Shown here one piece after another: positions 20,301-29,300 of a DNA stretch of 57,859 bases (its first letter is position 1; each line of letters starts with the position of its first letter). This DNA is from Flavobacteriaceae bacterium (GTDB lineage Bacteria > Bacteroidota > Bacteroidia > Flavobacteriales > Flavobacteriaceae), in the NCBI GenBank assembly GCA_028277085.1, contig JANQHL010000230.1, forward strand, positions 1 to 57,859, given 5' to 3'. Under the pieces are notes generated by a model. That model was not told the origin of the DNA. It saw only the letters and a program-made list of their open reading frames with translations, and searched no databases. The position numbers and the translations under genes are program-made.

Positions 20301-23300
20301 ATTGTCAATACTATAGCGATAGGGTGCTGTCCCGTCTGTAGCCGTAACCGTAATTGTCGATGTATTTACGGTATTATCCGGGTTACAGGCGAAAGGTGTA
20401 GCCGTTGCCGAAGCTAGTAAGGCGTTAGGTTGTGTTATTGTTTCGTTTTTGACGTCTTCACATCCTCGGGAAGAAACTACTCTTACCTGGTAATTCCCTT
20501 CAGGAAGACCGGTAAATAAGGGATCGCTCTGTAACGGTCTGCTAGGCGCCCCTGCCAGTCCGATCAATTCATATTGGTAAGGAGGATTATCGTCCGTAGT
20601 GCTATCCAAATTGGCCAGGATGCTGCCATCAGCACCACCAAAACAGCTAACATTTACTATTGTTGCGTCCAGCAGCACGGGTGCAACAAAGTCATCAAGG
20701 GTTGCCGTAATAGTTTTAACACAACTGTGACCTGTGGCCGTATCTGTAATGGTAAAGGTATAAGTGCCTGAATCCGTTAAGTCCGTAAACGTAGCGGTGT
20801 TCGTTACAAGAATATCCGGAAGTGGAGTAGAACTATCCGGGAAGGTTACCGAGTAGTCAAACGCACCGGAACCTCCGGTTTGAGTAATGGTAATATGCCC
20901 TCCGGGATCAGGAGTACAGTCGATAAGTTTGTCAATAGTCACTGCGGGCACAATTTCATCATAGAGCTGCACAGCGTTGGTGATCAGCGAGCACCCCCAT
21001 TGATCAAGGACTTCAACAGTGTAGCTACCCTCTCCTAGATTACCAAAGGTTCTTGTAGTCTGTGGAGAGCCGACGTTACCACCATTTCGGATCAACTGGA
21101 AGGTGTAATTGCTTCCTTGTCCGCCAGTGGGCGCACTAACTTCAATACTTCCCTCAATATTAGTACAATTCGGATTGGTTACCGCAAGGGAGGCTACTAT
21201 GGGGTTAGGCACATCCAGGGTCTCATCAGGCAGTTGCAGTGGACATCCACCAGCATCGATAACCCATATTTCGTAAGTATCCGCCGTAAGGTTTTCAAAC
21301 CTTGGATTAGCGATATAGTTCGCTGGATCAAATTCATCGGGTATTGGGGTTGCACTTACATAGTACAGGTAATTGCCCCATCCCCCTTGAACATCAGTAA
21401 TCTCCAACACTCCGTCCGCACCGGGCACACAGGTGATTTCCTCACGAATTACCAAAGCGGAAAGTCCCGCAGCAGGTCCTCCGATGGTAAACGCCTCTTG
21501 GTAGGTACAATCGGAACCCGGAGGATTGGTATCTACCACTTCTATGAAATAACTGCCGGCTGCCAATCCACTAATGGTAAAATTACCATCCGCATCCCCA
21601 CCGGCCGAAGTTACGTCATCAGCAAGGTTAGTGGGGGTGTTGTTAACATCCTGGTACAACGTATAGGTTATCGCACCAGTATACGTAGTGTTAGTAGCGT
21701 CTTGTAAATCTAGCGTGACCGCACCATCTGTATTACCAAAACAGGTAATATCTGTCGTGCTAACGACATCCAGGTGTAACACCTCAGGATCTGCTACGGT
21801 ATGGGTAGCCGTGATCACACATCCTGTAGTGAGGTTCATAACTTCAAAATTATGGGTGCCTACAGCCAAAGTAAAACTTCCCGAGGCCTGGAAGCTACCT
21901 GAAGGCAACTCACGGAACTCATAATTTGCGGGATTCGTGGTAGAATTGGTCAACAATCCGGTTGCCGTAATGGTAATGTCTTCACCAGAGGTGCAAGTAG
22001 CAGCATTATCAATTGCTATGCTGGCAGATTGTAACGTATCGAAAGGTTGGATAGTAGCTGTGGTACTGCCTACACAACCATTATCATCATAGACATTGAT
22101 AGTATATACTCCACCTTCAAGGGCCGTCTCAATATAGGTAGGGTTGCTGCCGGATTGTACGATTGCAGGCGCCTCAACCGGAACAGTATTAGGGTCATCC
22201 TCTTCAACAAACTCATATATTACATAAGTTCCTGATCCTCCCGTAATACCGGGTTGTACCTCAATAGACGCGTTTTCAGGATTATTACCGGAAGTAGGAG
22301 TACAACCAAATTGATCTACCACAACATTTACGTTGCTTATAACATCAGGCTCCGTAATAACCTGCGTAGTTTCGGCAAAACAACCATTCGAAGCAGTGAT
22401 TCGTATGGTATAGGTAATTCCACCAGCTGAACCTTCTAGGCCTGTAAACTCGGCAGTTGTACCCGTAGCCGGTGAAGTAATCGGAAAGGTAGCACTACTT
22501 CCCGGGCCGGAAATGATTTCATAGCTGTATGGACCAATACCAACATCGGTACTGCTTACGGTAATTATCCCATCATCTGCTCCGTTACAGCTAACATTTT
22601 GGAAAGCGTCAACCGCAATATTTGGAATAACGGCAGTGGGAACATCTACAATTATGCTTCTCATGCAGTTGGGTACTGCGGTGCCGGTATCATAAACGGT
22701 AACCGTATAACTGCCTGCACTACTTGCGTCTGCCCAGACAATAGAAGAGCCTACTATAGCTGTTCTTGCCTGGTTCACAGGGCCTGTGATCTCATAGTCA
22801 TAGTTGCCAGAACCGGAGGTCACATTTATGGTGATCTCAGGGTTATTGGCGGGTGCTGGCTCACAATCCAGTAAAGTAGTAAGGGTAGCATTAAACTGTA
22901 ATGGTGGTACAATACTAAAGGTATCGGTATCGGTACAACCGTTAACATCAGATAACGCCAGGCTTTGTCCGGCCCCGGAACTTAAACCGGTAACCGTATA
23001 TTGGTTAGAACCGTTAAAGGTGATACTTTGACTGGGCCCGCCATTCACACTTAGCGTAAAAGACGGAGAAGCAACCCCAGGATTGGTCAGGGTCATAAGT
23101 ACCTCAAATTGCCCTTCCACAACGCATTCATCTACGACCGCCAAGGTGAACTCAGGGCTTGGGTCTTCGTCAACAGTTATCGGGCGACTTTGAATACAAT
23201 CGTTGGCATCTTTTACGTAGACAATGTAATCTCCGAATTCTACATTAGCAGAGGTGTCCGTAATCCAACCTGCAGAAGTGGCGGTAGGTGGGGCAGCGGT

Positions 23301-26300
23301 ATCCAATAAATACTGGAACTCATAAGGAGGAGCACCAAATTGGGCCGTGGCAGTTATCACCCCAGCATTGAGGTTACAGTTGTCATTAACGGGAGAAGCG
23401 ACATTCAAATCAAGAAGTGTAGGTGCTTGAAGAATAACAAAAGTATCTGAAGCCATTACACAACCGGTATTCGGGCCATTGGTCTCGGTAAAGAGAATAT
23501 AATACTCTCCAGGGGCTATACCAGTAATGGCATCGCTTTCGGGGCCACCAACAGCTCCGGAAATACTTCCAGTAGTTCCAGTGGTGACATTAGTTGTTGC
23601 CACGAATAGCTCATAATCTACATCAGAACCGCCATACCCGGAAACCGTAAAATCCACCGTACCATCAGCAGCTCCGGTACAGGTGATAGCTGTGGTAGCA
23701 TCTATAGTTGAAGCAAGTGTAGATGTAGAAGCCACGGGTACGGTAGCTTCCTGAATATATTCACAATTGGTGTCGTCATCATGTACTACAAAAGTATAGG
23801 TAACCCCGGGCGTTAACCCCGTAAACAAATGGGAGTTGGCCGGTGCCGGAGGCGATGGATCTGCAGGAAACCATGCGGGATCGGCGACATTAAATGCTGG
23901 TGCTGGATATATAGCGAAGTAGAAGGTTCCAAAACCTAAAGTCCCATTATCGGCATCGGCTTCTACAAGCATTTCCCCGCTTCCCGGAGTACAACCTGCG
24001 GTTCCCACCGTGGTGATAAGAACATCCGGACCTGTAGTAATGGTGACCGTGGACAAACTCTCACAACCATTGGCGTCAGTAATACTTACCGTGTAGTCCC
24101 CAAAGTCTAAGCCTGTAAAAGTATGGTTATTGGTCCCGGTGGAAGTGTCATAAGTAAGAGAAACACTAAAATCACTGTTGTAAACATCATAGATGTAATC
24201 TGGAGTTCCTCCTGAAGCATCTACTGTAATGGTTCCCAATTCGTTTCCGGTTGCAGTACAAATTAAATTGGTATTGGAAATGTTAGGTGCAATTACTGCG
24301 GGTTCGGTAATGGAGACCGGGAATGGATCTGATACACAACCTTTATCATCGGTTATAGTGACTTCATAATTTCCGGCAGGCAGACCAGCCGTTTGTGTGC
24401 CATAATTTGTTGAGGTATTGGTCTCTATGACTTCAATTACATAAGGTGGAAGTCCTATTGCGGTGTCTATCGTAACATCGAGAGCGCCATTGGTGTCCCC
24501 ATTACATACCACATGCGTTGGAGTTACTGAGGTGATAACAGGTCTAAGGGCAGGTGTAACAACAACGGTATTCGTAGTTTCAACACATGCTAAAGGGTGG
24601 GTTGTATCGGTAACTCGGAAAATGTAGGTACCATCGGTGTCGGTCGTAAAGATATTTCCATTGGCTCCTGAAAAACCAGTGGTAAAGAAGGTTGCACCAC
24701 CATCATTGGACCATTCGTAACTAAATGTTCCCAGGGCGTCATCCGGCGTAATGGTTATGGAAGCATCCGCTAAACAGGTTAAATCTGCCGTTAAGAGGGC
24801 ACTCGGTTGAGGATGTACGGTAACAGGTATTGCGGTACCCACACAACCAAACTGGTCCCTGACATTTACCGTATATGTGTCTGAGGCTAGGTTCGTAAAG
24901 GAGTAAGTAGTTGCCGACGAAGGAGTCGGGGTCATCCAGGGCCCTCCGTCTATGTTGAACTGATAATTACCGTTTCCTCCCGTAACATCAATTTGTAGTA
25001 CACCATCATTGGTATTCGTAAAACAGGTAGTTGGCGTTACCGTAAAGGCAATATTTGCTGGAGGATCAACAGTTATAGCTACTGTATTTTCACAGTTGTT
25101 GGCGTCTTGAACCCGAACAATATAATCGGCAGGCGCTATTCCACTAAATACAGTATTCCCGCCGTTTGTAGCAAAATCATAGCCTGCAATTGGGGTACCC
25201 CCTGTGTCTTCTAATTGAAATAGATAACCCGGGGTGCCGTCCGTAGCGGATGCTGTGATAACCCCTCCATCAGTACAAGTGGCTGCAGTGGTAACAGAAG
25301 CCGTTGGCGAAACCGCCAAAGGTGCCGTCAAGGTTTGGTTTAGGACCACGGTACAACCCGCTATAGGATTGTCCACATCCCTTATGGTCAAGGTATGGTT
25401 AGTTGCACTTAAGGTATTTATCGTTATCGGGGAAGTGGTTGAGCTTCCCAAAGTGGTGGTAAAGCCATCAAGACTATATTCAAACCCACCGGCCCCAAAA
25501 TTTTCAACTTCAAAAGTGATACTACCGTCGGTAAAGGAAGCACAGCTAATGTTGGAAAAGGCAGTAATGGAAGCATTAAAAGCATAACCAGCATCAATAG
25601 TTACCGGGATATCAATAGTCCCGGCACATACCTCTGGTAGTTGTTCTGCACGAATATTATCGATAGCTACATCATTCCCATTGGTTCCTGTAGCAATTGT
25701 TCGAATTACAATATCAATTGTAGTATTAGCGCCGGGATTCAGTGGAATGGTCAAGTTTCTCCAATCTGTTGGTCCTAAATTCTCAGGTATAGGGCCGGTG
25801 GAGCCACTAGCAATGATTGCGCCAAATGGATCCACAAGTTCGACTAAGATGTTGGGCTCGATGATGTTTCTTCCGGCGCTAACCAAATTGATCACATCCA
25901 GGGAGACCTCGATATCCCGGTTCGGAACGATCTCCACATTTCTTTTACTGTATACAATAGTGTTAACGCCTGGATTTCCTACATTAATAGCGAGATATCT
26001 TCCTCCCGGAGTCCCAGAGGCATCAACCGGACTAACCCAAGCTCCAAAGGGCGCAACAATGGTGTTGGTTACAGAATACTCTAAATCGTTAATACGGGAA
26101 TTGGGACTATTATTCGTACGGCCATCTAAAGGAGCACAGGGAGTAGCTGTACCGTTCTGAGGATCGTAGCAGTAATAATCGCCGTCAATTTCTGAAATCG
26201 GAGTGTTGGGTCCAACCCCAAAATCTTCCAGCAATAAAACACTAGGAGTCGGAGGAATATTACTTGTGTAATTGACAGTAACGGTATAGTTACCTGGGCT

Positions 26301-29300
26301 CTCAGTAAATATATTGGAAGTAGGAGGGCTATTTGGAGTGCCATCTAACTCATAGGTGTAGTCAAAATCGGAACTGTCAGGGGTCAGTGTAATTACTCCG
26401 TCCCCTTCACAGTTGTAGTCTATGCTTACGGCAACATTAGGAGGTGTCGGTTCAGGATCAACGGTAACTGTCATGGGGAAGGTACAGTTGTTGGCGTCTC
26501 TAACGTAAACGGTATGCGTTCCTGGCAATAAGAGTTCTACCGCGCTGGTATCATAGCTTGTACCTCCATTGAAACTATAGTCATAGGGAGCGGTTCCTCC
26601 CAAAACATTGGTAATTCGTACTTCTGCCTCTCCGGAATTACATTCCGCCAATTGGGTCACCGCAGCAGAAGCAGATAGGGTTAGGGGTTCTGAAACCGTA
26701 TAGACCTCGGAGATAGCACAGTTATTAGCATCCCGTACACGAATCGTATAACTACCCGCAGGTTGATTCACAAAGCTATCGGAAGGCTGATAGGTAGCAC
26801 CGTTGTCGATACTGTATTCATAAGGGCCTTCTCCACCGGAGGCAACAATAGTAATAGTCGCCTGGGCTTCCCCACTACAAAGCACAGGGGTATTCGTTAT
26901 GTTTAAAGCAAGAGGGGCATCCTGGGCAATCGTAATATCGAATGTGGCTTCACAGTATCCCGAATTGCCATTGTTATCACGCACATAGACATCGTAGTCC
27001 CCGGCTCCAGTAACATTTATAGGGTTGGTTGTGCCAAAATCGCCCGGCGTAGGGGGTACACCGTCTCCCACGACAGCAAACACATAATTCCCATCTCCTC
27101 CTCCTGCTGTAATGTCGATATCGGTATCCGTGCCACAAGCCGTGATATTTGGGGCGGAGGCTACTACGGTCAACTCCGGATTGATGGTAATAGATGCAGT
27201 ACCGGCACAGTCATTTCCATCCCGGACATCTATGGTATAGGTGCCTGGCCCTAAGCCGGTAAAGACATTATTGGTATCATATACCCCACCATTTAAACGA
27301 TATTCAAAGTTACCGTCTCCTCCGGAAGTTACATTAGCCGTTAAGGTTAAGCCCACTGCAGCATCGTAACAAATGGCATTAGGAACAATAGCCAGGTTAG
27401 GAGCTACGGCCTCAATAATATCAAAGGTGTCTGTAAACGCACAATTGTTAACATCCGTAACCCTAAAGGTGTATTGCCCGCCTAAGGTTAAGTTGTTAAA
27501 GAGCCCGTTGTTCTGTGCTGCTGGAGGTGTAAATCCAATAGGGCCTGCGGTGATTTCATAGGTGTATCCGCCCCAACCGTCAGTGGCTGCAATAAGCACG
27601 GAGCCCGGCACTGGACAAGTGGGTTGTGTAACAGTGGCTGTTGCTAATAAGTCAGCTGCAGGGCCGTCCACAGTTACTGAAGTAATAGCGATACAATTGG
27701 TGGTATTATCGGTTACCTCAATAGTATAAGTTCCCACTCCTAAACTGGAGAATGGTTGCGTTGTAGCGGTTTCATTATTCCCATTGAATGTGGTCGGACC
27801 GGTAATTTCGTAATCGTAATCTGTGCTGAATCCTGAAACGGTAAATTCAATCGCCCCATCCGTGCCGCCAAAACAAGACACATTGCTCACTAGTGACCCT
27901 ACGACGTTAATAGGGGTAACCGGATCAATCGTAAAGGATTCGTCATATACGCACCCTTTATGATCCGTAACCCGGAAGATGTAGGTGTCGGGAGCCAAGC
28001 CATTAAAATCTGCCGAATTTCCTGTGATGGATGTAGCAGCAATTGCGGAAGGCGCAATAATTTCAAAAACATAGGGATCTTCCCCGTCCGTTACGGTTAC
28101 GGTTACATCCGAGGTGTTGGCAGGACAATTAGGAGCAGTTGCCGTGAAACTCAGATCACTGGGAGGGACCAAAGGATCAATAGTAATTGCGTTAGTGGTG
28201 AACGTACAATCGTTATCATCCCGGATAGTAATGGAATAGGTACCATCTGTTAGGTTGGGAAAGGTTTCTGCGCCAGCACCGCTAACAAAATTCACCCCAT
28301 CAATGCTATATTCATAGGGAGCGGTTCCGCCGGTAACATTTTGGACCTCAATACTTGCTTGCTGCAGGCAAGTGTAGTCCTGAAGTAAGACCGCATCTCC
28401 GGAAGGGAGATCGGCCGGACCACCAATTGTAAAGGTTTCAATGAAAGGACATGAAACCGCACCCTGCGTCTGGGTGATGGTTAAGGTGTAATCCCCTTGT
28501 GGTAAACCGGTAAATGCCCCTGAAGTGTTGTTTGCGGTTGAAGTATCAGGATAGGTAAGTTCATAGGTTAAGGTATACCCGTTGCTATTGGTTACGTTGA
28601 CTGTAAAGGTACCATCCTCGATACCAAAGCAGGTTTCATCCGTTTGTGAGGTGGTATATTCTGCAACCGGTGCTACTGCAATAGTTGCTGGATTGGAAAT
28701 ATGGGTACAGTTGTTCCCATCTACCACAATAAACTCATACACCCCGGCTTCTGTGTCGGTAAAAAGAAAATCGTTTCCTATCTGATAGGCACTACCCGGA
28801 ATACTGGCCACATCCGGATAGAGATCGGTACCGTTGTAGCTCCAAATGGCGTAAGCATAGTCCGGATTAGGAAAACCTCCGGTTCCGGTGACCGTAATGA
28901 TCCCCTCAGTACAGTCAATGGGTTTTGTCGTCACCGCGGACACATCTAAGTCAGTAACATCATTTATAGTAACCTGACCCGTATAATTACAGCCATCATC
29001 TGTAGTTACCAGGATATCATACACCCCGTCATTGAGGTTGGCAAAGGTGTAATTATTATCATCAGACGGCCCGAAAGTATCTACGGTAGTGCCGCCCTGT
29101 GAGATTTCATAGTAGTACTGCGGATTTACATCCAACACAGAAATAGAGATCTCCCCCAGCCCATTGCAATCGGTGTCTTTGGTGGCAACATCTACTTGAA
29201 AGTTCCGCTCCAGGATACCAATATTATCTAAGATAAAAACACAACCATCAACAACCCCTTGTTGCCGCATTTCTACACGATATGCCCCATTGGTGGTGAT

